Source: Deltaproteobacteria bacterium (lineage in GTDB: Bacteria; Myxococcota_A; Polyangia; Polyangiales; Ga0077539). From it: a stretch of DNA of 64,000 nucleotides. Location of the stretch: NCBI GenBank assembly GCA_030694465.1, contig JAUXYJ010000103.1, positions 27,057 through 91,056 on the forward strand, written 5' to 3'. A model generated the notes under the pieces. It ran no database searches. It was not told the DNA's origin and was given only the letters and a program-made list of their open reading frames with translations. Of the stretch, positions 38,925 to 48,920 are shown piece by piece (the stretch's first letter is position 1; every line of letters starts with the position of its first letter). The position numbers and the translations under genes were made by a program.

Positions 38925-39617
38925 CTATCGCGGCAGCGCGGGGTCACTGGGCAGCGGCAGCCACGCGTACGGTCGCGCGCTCTGGCAACGCGGCGAGTCC
39001 ACGATCACCGAGTGAATATACGGACGAATCCAGCCCTGTCGGTTCAACCGCTGGTAGTCCCCTTCGCTCGGAACGAACATGTCAATGTGGTGCCCCACGA
39101 TCGCTCCGCCACCATCGACGGCGACAAAGCAGCCATCGTGGCGCGAGCCATCGGGCAGCGGAAATCCAGCGATGTCCGCGAGCTCTACCGTGTGTCCGAT
39201 CGAGATAAACCTTCGATCCACTGCGAGCGATCGGTAGGGCACCAGCGCGTAGCCCATCACGCCGATGCCGTAGGGATAAGTCCCGCGATCGACCTCGACG
39301 AAGCATGCCTGGCCGTTGACTCGGCCGTCCCAATTGAGCAGGCGGTTGTCCCAGGTGAGCCCCGTGCCTTCCATCGTGAGGTTGGTCACAAACCGTGGAC
39401 AAGCCCAGGCAAGCGCGTGCCCCGTGCGCCCTCGAATGATCGCCGCGTGGAGATCATGGAGCGCCGCGGACTCTTGCGCGATCCAGTACTGAGTGAGCTG
39501 CCAGCGACCGGGATAGCGCACCGTGGTCTGCGCATGCGTAGTGGCACCCGTCGCAAAGATCACCAGGGCCGTACCGAGCGCGCACATCGCGGCGGAGTGA
39601 GTGCATTTCTGACGCAT
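38925..39617 (-). CDS. 3D-domain (MltA/RlpA-like) protein
   Basis: Signal peptide (MRQKCTHSAAMCALGTALVIFATGATTHA). The C-terminal region has the three conserved Asp of the 3D domain (...GHTVELADIAGFPLPDGSRHDGCFVAVDGGGAIVGHHIDMF). ATG at 39617. Confidence 0.5.
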   Translation of the reverse strand: MRQKCTHSAAMCALGTALVIFATGATTHAQTTVRYPGRWQLTQYWIAQESAALHDLHAAIIRGRTGHALAWACPRFVTNLTMEGTGLTWDNRLLNWDGRVNGQACFVEVDRGTYPYGIGVMGYALVPYRSLAVDRRFISIGHTVELADIAGFPLPDGSRHDGCFVAVDGGGAIVGHHIDMFVPSEGDYQRLNRQGWIRPYIHSVIVDSPRCQSARPYAWLPLPSDPALPR

Positions 39618-39630
39618 CGCACCGTGGATC

Positions 39631-40236
39631 TTGACACGAATTTCGTTCACAACTGGGATTATGGAAACGGGGAAGTTGCTCCTCTCGCCCGCGCCGTCGT
39701 ATGCACAAGAACCGTCGATCATTGTGACCGATCGACTTGAGCTGTGGCCCTTTTCTCTCGCCTTGGTCGAAGCGGTGATGCTCGATCGTCGCGATGACGC
39801 ACGCGCGCTCATTGACGCCGAGATGCCCTCCCGATGGCCAGGGCGCGCGCTGGTCGAGCGAGCGTTTAGCGCATCGCTTGAGCGCATTCGTGCGATGCCC
39901 GAGAAGCGCTTGTGGGGCGATCGCTTGATGATCACTCGGGTGGGCGAGCGGCGCGTGGTGGGCAGCGTGGTCTTTCATGGGTTTCCGGACAACGGGATCG
40001 CCGAGGTGGGCTACGGCGTCGACGAAGACGTGCAGCGGGCCGGCTACGCGACCGAAGCCACACGCGCCGCGGTAGACTGGGCGCTCAGCTGCGAGGGCAT
40101 TGTCTCGGTGCAAGCGCGGACGTTTCCGTGGCACCGCGCGTCGGTGCGCGTGCTCGAAAAAATCGGCATGCACAAGATCGCCTCCGATGAGCATGACCTG
40201 CTCGGCGAGCAGTGGATCTTCGAGCGAGCGAGATAA
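39631..40236 (+). CDS. GNAT-family N-acetyltransferase (RimJ/RimL-like)
   Basis: Acetyl-CoA binding region VVFHGFPDNGIAEVGYGVDEDVQRAGYATEA. Confidence 0.55.
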   Translation: MTRISFTTGIMETGKLLLSPAPSYAQEPSIIVTDRLELWPFSLALVEAVMLDRRDDARALIDAEMPSRWPGRALVERAFSASLERIRAMPEKRLWGDRLMITRVGERRVVGSVVFHGFPDNGIAEVGYGVDEDVQRAGYATEATRAAVDWALSCEGIVSVQARTFPWHRASVRVLEKIGMHKIASDEHDLLGEQWIFERAR

Positions 40237-40491
40237 TTCGCCAGTGATTTTACAGAGTTAACTTCGTTTCCGTGCGAACTTAGCGCGCACCCTTGGGCGG
40301 GCTCCGGCACAAGACCCACGCAGCGCAATCGCGCGAGGCCTTTGTGCATCCAAGCGTCGACCGCTCTTGCATTGCGCAAGAGATGCACGTCGCGTATTTC
40401 CTCTCGACGCGGCGTCCGTGCGCACACGGTTGCGCGTTGACTCACTCCACTCGTCGCCATCGCGTGCGACACGAAAGAGCAGCAAGACCTC

Positions 40492-40971
40492 ATGTCATTG
40501 ACCCTCGGAAGCGAAGCCCCAGATTTTGAACTGCCCTCCAGCGAGCTAGAGGATGGCCGCCCAGGCAAGAAGATCAAGCTCAGTGATTTTCGTGGCAAAA
40601 AGCACGTTGTTCTCGCTTTTTATCCCCTCGATTTTAGCCCAGTTTGCTCTGGCGAAATGTCCTGCTTTAAAGACGACTTCGCCGGCTTTGACAAGCTCGA
40701 CGCGCAGGTCCTTGGCATCTCGATCGACAGCGTCTGGACCCACCTCGCGTTTGCAAAAGCGCAGGGACTGAGCTTTCCGTTGCTCGCTGATTTTCACCCC
40801 AAAGGCGCGGTCGCCACGCAGTTTGGGCTCTACCACGCGGACAAGGGCATCACGGCACGCGCAACGGTGATCGTCGACAAGAGCGGCAAGATCGCGTTCG
40901 TCCAAGACCACGGCTTCGGCACCCCACGTGACGACAAGGCCCTGCTCGCGGCCCTCGAAGCGCTTGGCTGA
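40492..40971 (+). CDS. Peroxiredoxin (AhpC/TSA family, Bcp-like)
   Basis: FYPLDFSPVCSGE peroxidatic-Cys motif. 159 aa. Confidence 0.85.
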   Translation: MSLTLGSEAPDFELPSSELEDGRPGKKIKLSDFRGKKHVVLAFYPLDFSPVCSGEMSCFKDDFAGFDKLDAQVLGISIDSVWTHLAFAKAQGLSFPLLADFHPKGAVATQFGLYHADKGITARATVIVDKSGKIAFVQDHGFGTPRDDKALLAALEALG

Positions 40972-40975
40972 TCGC

Positions 40976-41695
40976 GTGTCAAACGCGCCCCGCACGTTTT
41001 CGGCACGCTGGCTTGGGCGCATCGCCTACGACAGAGCGTACGCGTTGCAGCAGTCGCTGGCTGAGTCACGCAAGCGCGGTGAGATCCCCGACACGCTCTT
41101 GCTCCTCGAGCACGACCCCGTGCTCACGCTTGGGCGCGCAGCACATCGCGAGAATATTCTCTGGACTGACGAAGCGCTCGCGGCGCGCGGGGTGAGCGTG
41201 CACGAGAGCTCGCGCGGCGGCGACGTGACCTATCACGGGCCGGGACAGCTCGTGGCGTATCCCATCTTTGATCTCCGCCCAGACCGCTGCGATGTGCGCC
41301 GTTATGTGCGCGATCTGGTGACCGTGATGTCTCGTTTGTGCAGTGATTTTTCAGTCGGAGTAGGTCCCCATGGGAGCATGGTGGGCGCCTGGACGGACCT
41401 GGATCACCCAAGCGCTGTGTGGCAGGGCGAGGCCCACGCGACGCGCCCCGCGAAGATCGGCGCCATCGGCGTCAAGATCTCACGCTGGGTGACGATGCAC
41501 GGATTCGCTCTGAATATTCACACGCAACTCGATGATTTCGCGATGATCGTTCCGTGCGGAATCTCGACGCATCCGGTGTGCTCGCTCGCGTCCATCGTCG
41601 GCGGCGACACGCTGCCCGGCATAGAGTGGTTTGCCAAGCGCGCCGTCGCTCACTTTGAAGAAGTGTTTGCCTCGGAGTGCGTCAACGGCGTGTGA
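40976..41695 (+). CDS. lipB: Lipoyl(octanoyl) transferase
   Basis: LipB signature: RWLGRIAYDRAYALQQ, LLLEHDPVLTLGR, YHGPGQLVAYPI, and active-site KIGAIGVKI...HGFALN. GTG start at 40976, just after the peroxiredoxin stop. Confidence 0.85.
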   Translation: MSNAPRTFSARWLGRIAYDRAYALQQSLAESRKRGEIPDTLLLLEHDPVLTLGRAAHRENILWTDEALAARGVSVHESSRGGDVTYHGPGQLVAYPIFDLRPDRCDVRRYVRDLVTVMSRLCSDFSVGVGPHGSMVGAWTDLDHPSAVWQGEAHATRPAKIGAIGVKISRWVTMHGFALNIHTQLDDFAMIVPCGISTHPVCSLASIVGGDTLPGIEWFAKRAVAHFEEVFASECVNGV

Positions 41696-42564
41696 ATTGG
41701 CTCAGGTTCGATGCGATGCAACATCGTCAAATCGAGCACACGCGGACGCCCCTCTGTAACGGTCAGCATGTCGACAAACCGGTGGCCAAAGCGAAGCTGC
41801 TCGTCATCGTAGAGTTGACGCGCGTGGACGACCGCGTTGAGCGTGTCATCAAGGCCCGTAAACGAGACCAGAATCGTCGCGTTGCGCTCACGCAGCTGCT
41901 CGCTCGTGAGCCCATACAGAGGGCTCGTCTCGTCGATGGGATGAAAGACCATCCAGCTCAGGCTAAACGCGGGCGTCGACGATCGGACCAGCGAAAGATC
42001 ACGCAGACGCCGGATGCTCTCTCCCTCTTGGGTGCGCTCATCGAGCAGTAAGACCACGCGAACCTGGGCCTCGATGATCTGGTTGCGACGCTCGTTGGCC
42101 ATGCGAAAGACCAACGTCGGGATGTCGTCTCGACGCTGGATCACACACACGTCCGAGAAGCCGACACGCGCAGTGGGCCGCGAGAATTTTGCGAACATCA
42201 GGCCAGTGGCCATCGCCGTCCCGACAAGCCCCAGCAGCGCCTCAAGGGTCACCAGCACATTGGCCAAGTCCGATCGAGGCGTGAGCTTTCCGTAGCCGAT
42301 CGTGGCCATGGTCTGGACCGAGAAAAAGAACGCGTCCGCGTACCGACGACCGACCGCGCCATCGAGCGCGTTAGGGTCGAGATAGTACAACGCAGCGAAG
42401 AGCGCATTGATCAGCAAATATCCAAGCAAAATAAGCAAAGCGACACGCCACCACGAGGCGGTCAACAGGTAGTGGTACACGTCCGTGCTGCGTGCGGTCG
42501 CGCCAATGCGTTGGATGGTCTCAGGGCGCACAAAGCGTGCGTTGCGGGCAGGTGGATCAGCCAT
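41650..42564 (-). CDS. Inward-rectifier-type (KirBac-like) potassium channel
   Basis: Slide helix, two TM helices flanking a pore helix with selectivity filter TIGYG, and a C-terminal Ig-like cytoplasmic domain. ATG at 42564 (MADPPARN). Confidence 0.75.
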   Translation of the reverse strand: MADPPARNARFVRPETIQRIGATARSTDVYHYLLTASWWRVALLILLGYLLINALFAALYYLDPNALDGAVGRRYADAFFFSVQTMATIGYGKLTPRSDLANVLVTLEALLGLVGTAMATGLMFAKFSRPTARVGFSDVCVIQRRDDIPTLVFRMANERRNQIIEAQVRVVLLLDERTQEGESIRRLRDLSLVRSSTPAFSLSWMVFHPIDETSPLYGLTSEQLRERNATILVSFTGLDDTLNAVVHARQLYDDEQLRFGHRFVDMLTVTEGRPRVLDLTMLHRIEPEPIHTPLTHSEANTSSK

Positions 42565-42636
42565 AAAGCGCGCGCAGTGTGGTGCCAAATGCGAACGTTG
42601 CACAGGGCATCGCGCGGGCCCCAAGGCTCATGGCGC

Positions 42637-44148
42637 TCAGGGGACCTGCACCCGGACCGACGGATCTTCTGCGGGAAACCTCGGCCGAATCCACACGTCA
42701 CCTCGTCCATCCCCGCGATCTTCAAACGCGATCGGGCTCACCCACACATCGCGCGCACAGCGGCCCGTCGTGCGACAACGATCGGCCTGCAATCGGTGGT
42801 GTACAAAGTACCAACTGCGCCCATCGGGACCCAGCACCGCGCTGCCGTGGCCAAACGACTGGCCGCGGTTTGGGATCAGAAATCTCCCGACAATTCGCCC
42901 ACGGTTGTCGCTCGCGAGGCCCTCGGGCGTAGACGCCGCGGCCCACCACACGTGGTAGTACGCGCTGTCCCAGACGCTCCCCGAGACCATCGCGTAGACC
43001 ATCGCCCCACGGCGAAAGAGCGAGACGCCCTCTTGGACCCCAAACGTGTAGCCCTCACGGCGGTACTCGGCGTTGTCGCGTCCGCGTGTAAAGCTCAGCA
43101 TTTCGCCACACCGAGTGCAGCTCGCCCTGAGCGCATTGGTCAGGTCTGCGTCGTGCGGATCGCCTACTGGGATCTGCGCGACGTCGCTCGCGCAGCGCAC
43201 AGCAAATGGGTCTGCACGGTCGAGCTCGACCAAGTTGACGTGCTCGCCGTAGTGCGTTTGCTCCCACACGACCTGCGGCGGCGTGTTGGTATACCAGCTG
43301 TATCCAAGCCACCATCGATTCGTTAAGGGATCACGAAACGCCGTAGAATCCAGGCGAATCACGTGGTGACAGAAGCCTCCCTGGCAGTCTTGTGCGCTGT
43401 AAGGGAGCGCGTGTGGGATCTGTTGTCGCGTGCTCGCCGCGCAGTCGGTGGCGTGGCCTCCGGCGACGAGCGGCTCCCATGGACGCGATGCGAGCGCAAA
43501 AGGGCCCGTCGGCGCAGAGGCAGACGCGAGGTACACGCCGCTGTCTTCTCGGTAGGGCGGACACGGCGTCTGGGGTGTGCGAAAGCGCACCGCGGTGAAG
43601 CTCAACATCCAGACTCCGGCGCGCACCTCGGCGACCTCGGGGGCCCAGAGATGACAGAAGTGAGATCCGTTAATCTCTAGTGAATTTCCACGCAAAGTAG
43701 TGCGCCGAAAGAGGCCCTCGGCCCGACGCGTCCAACGCAAGAGGTCGCGTGACTCGAACTGCGCAAAGTCCCCCGAGTCCACTGTGGCTTGGAGGTAATA
43801 CACAGCTCGCCCTGCGCCGTCGGTGGTCCTCACGACCTGTGGATCTGGATGATCTTCGCCGAGCACTGGGTTCGTGGCGCTCAACGTCGTCGACGCGTCC
43901 GGAGTTGCGCGATCCTGAGCGAGAACGTCTCGTGCGATCGAGTCAGTGATTTCGCTTAGATTCGCGTCTCTCAGGGTGTTGTCAGGCGCGTCAAACAGCG
44001 TTGGGGCCACGTCGCTGGTGTCTGGCGCCATGGTGGATTCATCGCGTAGCGTCGCGTCGAGCGATGGCACGTCACGCGGTGACTCCACGGGCCCGCAGCA
44101 AGCGAGCACAAGTCCAAGCGAGAGCAGCGTCGCGCGAGCAGAGCCCAT
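42637..44148 (-). CDS. Secreted lipoprotein, putative GH43-like glycoside hydrolase (5-bladed beta-propeller)
   Basis: Lipobox LVLACCG. N-terminal HPDPQVVRTTDGAGRAVYYL resembles the GH43 catalytic-Asp blade, and LWAPEV resembles the GH43 WAPD motif. Assigned by eye only. Confidence 0.45.
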   Translation of the reverse strand: MGSARATLLSLGLVLACCGPVESPRDVPSLDATLRDESTMAPDTSDVAPTLFDAPDNTLRDANLSEITDSIARDVLAQDRATPDASTTLSATNPVLGEDHPDPQVVRTTDGAGRAVYYLQATVDSGDFAQFESRDLLRWTRRAEGLFRRTTLRGNSLEINGSHFCHLWAPEVAEVRAGVWMLSFTAVRFRTPQTPCPPYREDSGVYLASASAPTGPFALASRPWEPLVAGGHATDCAASTRQQIPHALPYSAQDCQGGFCHHVIRLDSTAFRDPLTNRWWLGYSWYTNTPPQVVWEQTHYGEHVNLVELDRADPFAVRCASDVAQIPVGDPHDADLTNALRASCTRCGEMLSFTRGRDNAEYRREGYTFGVQEGVSLFRRGAMVYAMVSGSVWDSAYYHVWWAAASTPEGLASDNRGRIVGRFLIPNRGQSFGHGSAVLGPDGRSWYFVHHRLQADRCRTTGRCARDVWVSPIAFEDRGDGRGDVWIRPRFPAEDPSVRVQVP

Positions 44149-44394
44149 CGCGAGAGGGTACGTCGCGGCGAGCGGGCGAAGGGCGCCCCATGTGCTGTTT
44201 TTTTGCACACGTTGTGATCATTTTCTGTTCGGTATCGCGGTTGTGGGCTCGACGCGTCGATTGTAGCTGTTGACCCAAGGGGTGAGACGGGGCTACACCG
44301 CGCGTTCTCTTACGGTCGCGAAGGGTCACTGCGTGCACGAAATCACGCAGTCATTGCACGCCTCGAACGAATGGGAGAGCCAAAGGACAGCACC

Positions 44395-45072
44395 ATGGAA
44401 ACCAGCATCAAAGTCGAAGCAACGTCACGCATCGCCAACGGCAAAGGCCCAGCACGACGCCTCCGCGCCTCGGGCAAACTCCCCGCGATTGTCTACGGAC
44501 CCGGCCTGACCGGCACCGCCATCGCGATGGATCCCAAGAACATCAAGACGGTTCTTACGGCTCCCATGGGTCGCAACACAGTGTTTACCCTCGAGATCGA
44601 CGGCGTCGCGCAGCTCGCGATGGTGAAGAGCTTCGACATCCACCCGATGACCCGCGAAGTCGAGCATGCCGACCTGTACTCGGTGAGCCTGGACCGCGAG
44701 ATCGATGTCGAGGTGCCTTTTGTGCTCGTCGGCAAGAGCAAGGGCGTGGCCGCTGGCGGCATCCTGCAGCAGATCTACCGCAAGCTGCCCGTGCGCTGCA
44801 CGCCAGACAAAATCCCCGCCAAGATCGAAGCAGATGTGACCAGCGTCGAGACCGGACAGAGCGTCGCCACCAAGACGCTCGTGCTCCCGACAGGCGTCCG
44901 CGTCATGCTCGACGCCAACCAGACCGTCGCGTCGATCGTTGCCGCCGAAATCGACCGCACCGAGGCTGAGACCCCCGCAGCCGACGCCAAGGGCGCCAAG
45001 GGCAAGGCAGCAGCCAAGCCCGCAGCAGCCGCAGTAGCAGCCAAGCCCGCAGCAGCCGCGAAGAAGAAGTAG
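44395..45072 (+). CDS. rplY: 50S ribosomal protein L25/general stress protein Ctc
   Basis: bL25 N-domain (RASGKLPAIVYGPG) and beta-barrel C-domain, with a Lys/Ala-rich tail. AAGGA precedes the ATG at 44395. Confidence 0.85.
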   Translation: METSIKVEATSRIANGKGPARRLRASGKLPAIVYGPGLTGTAIAMDPKNIKTVLTAPMGRNTVFTLEIDGVAQLAMVKSFDIHPMTREVEHADLYSVSLDREIDVEVPFVLVGKSKGVAAGGILQQIYRKLPVRCTPDKIPAKIEADVTSVETGQSVATKTLVLPTGVRVMLDANQTVASIVAAEIDRTEAETPAADAKGAKGKAAAKPAAAAVAAKPAAAAKKK

Positions 45073-45192
45073 TTCTTTCATCGCGCGTGCGTGGATTCGT
45101 TTGGGGGGACTTGGGTGGAGATCCAGCGATGCGCGCCGACGCTGCCAGCTCAGGCTTGCAGTGGCGCAGACTTGCGTGCATCTACGCGCCTC

Positions 45193-45780
45193 ATGCTGAT
45201 TGTAGGGTTTGGCAATCCTGGGCCGTCGTATCGCCACCATCGTCACAACGTGGGCTTCATGGTCCTTGAGCGGCTTCGCATGGTCACCATGGCGTCCGAA
45301 TGGCGTGAAAAATGGAGCGGACTCACGTGCAAGGGCATCGTCACCGGCACCCCTGTGACGCTCTTGCAGCCGCAGACCTTTATGAACAAATCGGGCACGA
45401 GCGTGCAGCGCGCGATGCTGGATCTACGGCTGAAGCCAGCGGACGTGATCGTCGTGCACGATGAGCTCGAGCGCCCCTTTGGCTCGGTGCGCGCGAGGCT
45501 CGGCGGAGGCGCTGCGGGGCACAACGGGTTGCGAGACACGACGGCGAAAATCAGCGCAGATTTCGTGCGAATTCGCGTAGGAATCGGCCGACCCGCGCCC
45601 CCCATGGCCGTCGACGCCTACGTGCTCTCGAGCTTTGATCGCGACGAGCAGACCGCGCTCGGCGCGGTGCTCGATGAGTCGTGCGCGCTGATCGAGCGCG
45701 TGATCCGCGACGGCATCGCGAGCGTCGCGCAGGACGGGACCCCCTCGCCCAAAGGCCAAGGTCGCCCACGACGAGACTAA
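45193..45780 (+). CDS. pth: Peptidyl-tRNA hydrolase
   Basis: MLIVGFGNPGPSYRHHRHNVGF, QTFMNKSG, VVHDELERPFG. Canonical rplY-pth linkage. Confidence 0.85.
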   Translation: MLIVGFGNPGPSYRHHRHNVGFMVLERLRMVTMASEWREKWSGLTCKGIVTGTPVTLLQPQTFMNKSGTSVQRAMLDLRLKPADVIVVHDELERPFGSVRARLGGGAAGHNGLRDTTAKISADFVRIRVGIGRPAPPMAVDAYVLSSFDRDEQTALGAVLDESCALIERVIRDGIASVAQDGTPSPKGQGRPRRD

Positions 45781-45814
45781 GATCACTTTCCCCCGTCACA
45801 GCCGATGCGCTGAA

Positions 45815-46366
45815 TCAGTTGGCTTTTGCGCCGGCCATCGCCGGGACACAGGAGCCTTCGCCGTCACACATCAAGCCAGCGCCGCAGGGGTGTGTCGCGT
45901 CGCAGTCGCGGTAGCAGAACCCACCGGTCGTGTCACCAAAGCAACGAGAGCCCGAGGGGCATCCGCCGGTGGTCACGTAGGTCGAGCCACCTCTGCACGT
46001 CAGGGCACAAACACCTGGCATCATCGCGTCTGCGAGACACTCGGTCATGGGGGTTGTGCAGGTGCCAGCAGGCATGGGCTCGCCACCACCGGTGCAGGTG
46101 CCGCCGGGAGTGTTTGCAGCGGACATTCCCATGGCGAAGCCGTTGCAGCCCACGGTCGAGACGGCGTTCATGTCGCTCGCAGCGCAGCGATCGGAGTTCA
46201 CCATGGCGTCGCGGCCGCTGTCTGCTGAGCCGCTGTCTGCGCGAGTGCTGGTCTCAGCGGTCATCGCGTCGGTACCTGCGCCAGCGTCGCTGTTTGGGAC
46301 GGGACCGCCGCACGCGACGAGGACAAGTACAGAACCCAGGGCGAGGAGAAATGAGGGGGTCTTCAT
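45815..46366 (-). CDS. Cys/Gly/Thr-rich secreted lipoprotein
   Basis: Lipobox LVLVACGG at the ATG at 46366. Low-complexity Cys-rich mature region. Confidence 0.5.
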   Translation of the reverse strand: MKTPSFLLALGSVLVLVACGGPVPNSDAGAGTDAMTAETSTRADSGSADSGRDAMVNSDRCAASDMNAVSTVGCNGFAMGMSAANTPGGTCTGGGEPMPAGTCTTPMTECLADAMMPGVCALTCRGGSTYVTTGGCPSGSRCFGDTTGGFCYRDCDATHPCGAGLMCDGEGSCVPAMAGAKAN

Positions 46367-46584
46367 GAGATCGTTCACAGTCATTTTACAGAGTGATTGC
46401 ATTATTCATCGCAGCGCGATGCGCCAAGCTCCGGTCGATTTTTCGCATCGGTGGGACACGCAATCGACACCCTAAAACGCGCTTGGTTGGCTTATCTAGG
46501 GAGCGCGAAGCTACGCGATCAGCACATTTTGGCAAGCGCAAATCCCTGTACAAACACAGCGCGAATGAGATTTCAGCGCGTTGA

Positions 46585-48657
46585 CTACCTGGGTGTTGCA
46601 ACCTGCATCGGCACGAGACTGCTTCGGCCTGTGTCGTGCGCAGGCAGGACGACCACAAACGTGGTCCCGCGCCCCGATTGAGTGCGCAGCTCAATGCGCC
46701 CCCCCGCGCTCGCGACAAATCGCTGAGAGAGCGCGAGACCAAGCCCCGTCCCGCTGGCCTTGGTCGTGACAAAGGGAGTGAAGAGCTTGGGGACCAAGCG
46801 GGCGTCAATTCCTGGGCCCGAGTCACGCACGACGATCTCGATCATGGGCGCAGAGGCTAGACGACGCTGCACCACGATGCTGACGCGTCCGCGGCTCTCC
46901 ATGGCCTCGATCGCGTTGCGCACAAGGTTGAGCAACACTTGGCGAACGTGCGACGGATCCATGCGCACGGGGGGCAAATCGGGCTCGGCTTCAAACACCA
47001 GCTCGACCTCGGCAGGGAGATCTTTCTCGATGATGGAGAGCGTGCGCTGGGTGGTCTCGGCGATGTCGATCACCTCGGCGGCGGCGCGCCCAGGCCGCGC
47101 GTAGTCCAAGAAGCCTCCGACGACGCGATTGAGTCGATCGACTTCTTCGCCGATAATTCCCAGGTATTCTGCCTCAACGCTGCCAGCCTTTGCGTCCGGT
47201 TGTAAGAGCTGCACGGCCGCCTTGATGCTCCCTAACGGGTTGCGAATCTCGTGCGCAAGCCCCGCGGCCATCTCGCCCATGGCGGCCAACCGATCGCGCT
47301 CTTTGATCCGCTCGTGGCCCTGGGTGTTCTCAAGGACGATCGCGATTTGCGCGCCCAAATCCCTCAAGATTTGCACTTCTTCAGAGCTAAACGGCTCTTG
47401 AATTCGGTCGTCCCCCACAAAGAGCGCGCCGCTCAAGCGCCCCTGCGCGTCCACGATCGGGATCGCGACGCTCGCGTTCGCACGCTGGAGCTGCTCTGCG
47501 GCTTCTTGAAGCTCGACTCCCTCGCGGATTTCGCCACGCTCTCGTGCATCAATCGCCTCGCGCACGAGCTGCTCGGCCACGACGCTTCCGTCGCGACTCA
47601 TGCGCTCAATGAGCAGACGTGCGCTCACGTTCTCGATGCGTTGAGGCTCTTGCGTTCCGAGATGCACAAAGCACTCGAGACCGCGCTGCACCGCGTCGGA
47701 CAAAAAGAGCGAAGCGTGGGTGACTCTTCGCGAGGCTGAGAGCCCATCGATGAGCTCGCGACCGAGCTCGTCGAGCTCGAGCACATTGGCCAAACGCCTG
47801 CGCAACGCGGTGATCTCGGTCTCGAGATCAAAGCGCTCACGAAAGAAAAACCGAGCGACCTGGGACTCCATTTTTTCGCGCAATGGATCAAACGGAATCA
47901 GAATCACCAGCGACGCCACGATCGCGTTGAGAATGTACGGCGCCTGCCCCCGTGCCCAGTCCACCAGCAGGTAATAAACCCCCGCGAGCACGAACGCGAG
48001 CGCCGTCAGCACCACCAACCGCGACGTGATCTCGTAGAGATCCACCAGCCGTGAGCGCTCCATCGCCTGCGAGAGCATAAACAAGACGACCAAGACGAGC
48101 GTGCTGCCCACGGGCCCCATGTCGATGCCCACAAACGGCAACAGATCCGTGAAGAACACGGCCGTCGTCGCGACGCTCACGCCCACCAGATAGACCGCGC
48201 GAGCGCGCTCGATGCGCGAGGGAGCGCGCTGCGACTCGCGATAACACTCGATGGCCACCGCGCTAAACAGACCGATTACGTAGGCGCTCAGCGTGACCCT
48301 CGCCGCTGTGACCGCGTGAAAGGGCGAGAGCGCCAGCGCCATCATGAGCACCCCGAGCGTGGTCACCCAAGGATACAGCCCGCTCGGTCTGCCTGCGGTT
48401 TCGCCCAAAAAAGCTCGCAGCGAGCGCACGCCTGCTTGGGGCAAGAGCACAATCGCGACCGAGGCTAGGTAGGACCACAGGGGCACCCCCACGAAGCGGT
48501 CTTTGAGAAAGAGCGCGAGAAACCACAAGCCCACAGACCCTGCAAAGGCGGCGAAAAGCCAATGAAGTCGACGTTTGCGCTCGCGCAGCAGCACGCCCGC
48601 GACGATCGAGAGCGCAAGAAATGCCGAGATCAGCTCGGTCTGTGCGCGAAAGTGCAT
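46585..48657 (-). CDS. Sensor histidine kinase (multi-TM sensor, GAF-like, HisKA, HATPase_c)
   Basis: About 7 N-terminal TM helices, H-box HEIRNPL, N-box LLNLVRNAIEA, G-boxes DSGPGI and GTGLGL. Confidence 0.85.
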   Translation of the reverse strand: MHFRAQTELISAFLALSIVAGVLLRERKRRLHWLFAAFAGSVGLWFLALFLKDRFVGVPLWSYLASVAIVLLPQAGVRSLRAFLGETAGRPSGLYPWVTTLGVLMMALALSPFHAVTAARVTLSAYVIGLFSAVAIECYRESQRAPSRIERARAVYLVGVSVATTAVFFTDLLPFVGIDMGPVGSTLVLVVLFMLSQAMERSRLVDLYEITSRLVVLTALAFVLAGVYYLLVDWARGQAPYILNAIVASLVILIPFDPLREKMESQVARFFFRERFDLETEITALRRRLANVLELDELGRELIDGLSASRRVTHASLFLSDAVQRGLECFVHLGTQEPQRIENVSARLLIERMSRDGSVVAEQLVREAIDARERGEIREGVELQEAAEQLQRANASVAIPIVDAQGRLSGALFVGDDRIQEPFSSEEVQILRDLGAQIAIVLENTQGHERIKERDRLAAMGEMAAGLAHEIRNPLGSIKAAVQLLQPDAKAGSVEAEYLGIIGEEVDRLNRVVGGFLDYARPGRAAAEVIDIAETTQRTLSIIEKDLPAEVELVFEAEPDLPPVRMDPSHVRQVLLNLVRNAIEAMESRGRVSIVVQRRLASAPMIEIVVRDSGPGIDARLVPKLFTPFVTTKASGTGLGLALSQRFVASAGGRIELRTQSGRGTTFVVVLPAHDTGRSSLVPMQVATPR

Positions 48658-48920
48658 GATGGGTCAGGGCTCTCTAAAGAGGCGATCTCGCTGGGATTCG
48701 CCTAGTCAATCGTGAGTGGGATCTTGTGATTGGGCGGTCTGAGAGCGCGCTCATTGGGCGCACACCAACGCACCAAGCATGCACGATGCAACATTCTCGC
48801 GCGTTGCAGAGGTGCCAACGAGCGCACACGACGCTAGGATGGATGGTATGCGCTCTTGATGGCGAGGCGCAGCGTCCACTGGGTGACTCATCCGCTCTCG
48901 AACCACAAGGTAGACTCCGC

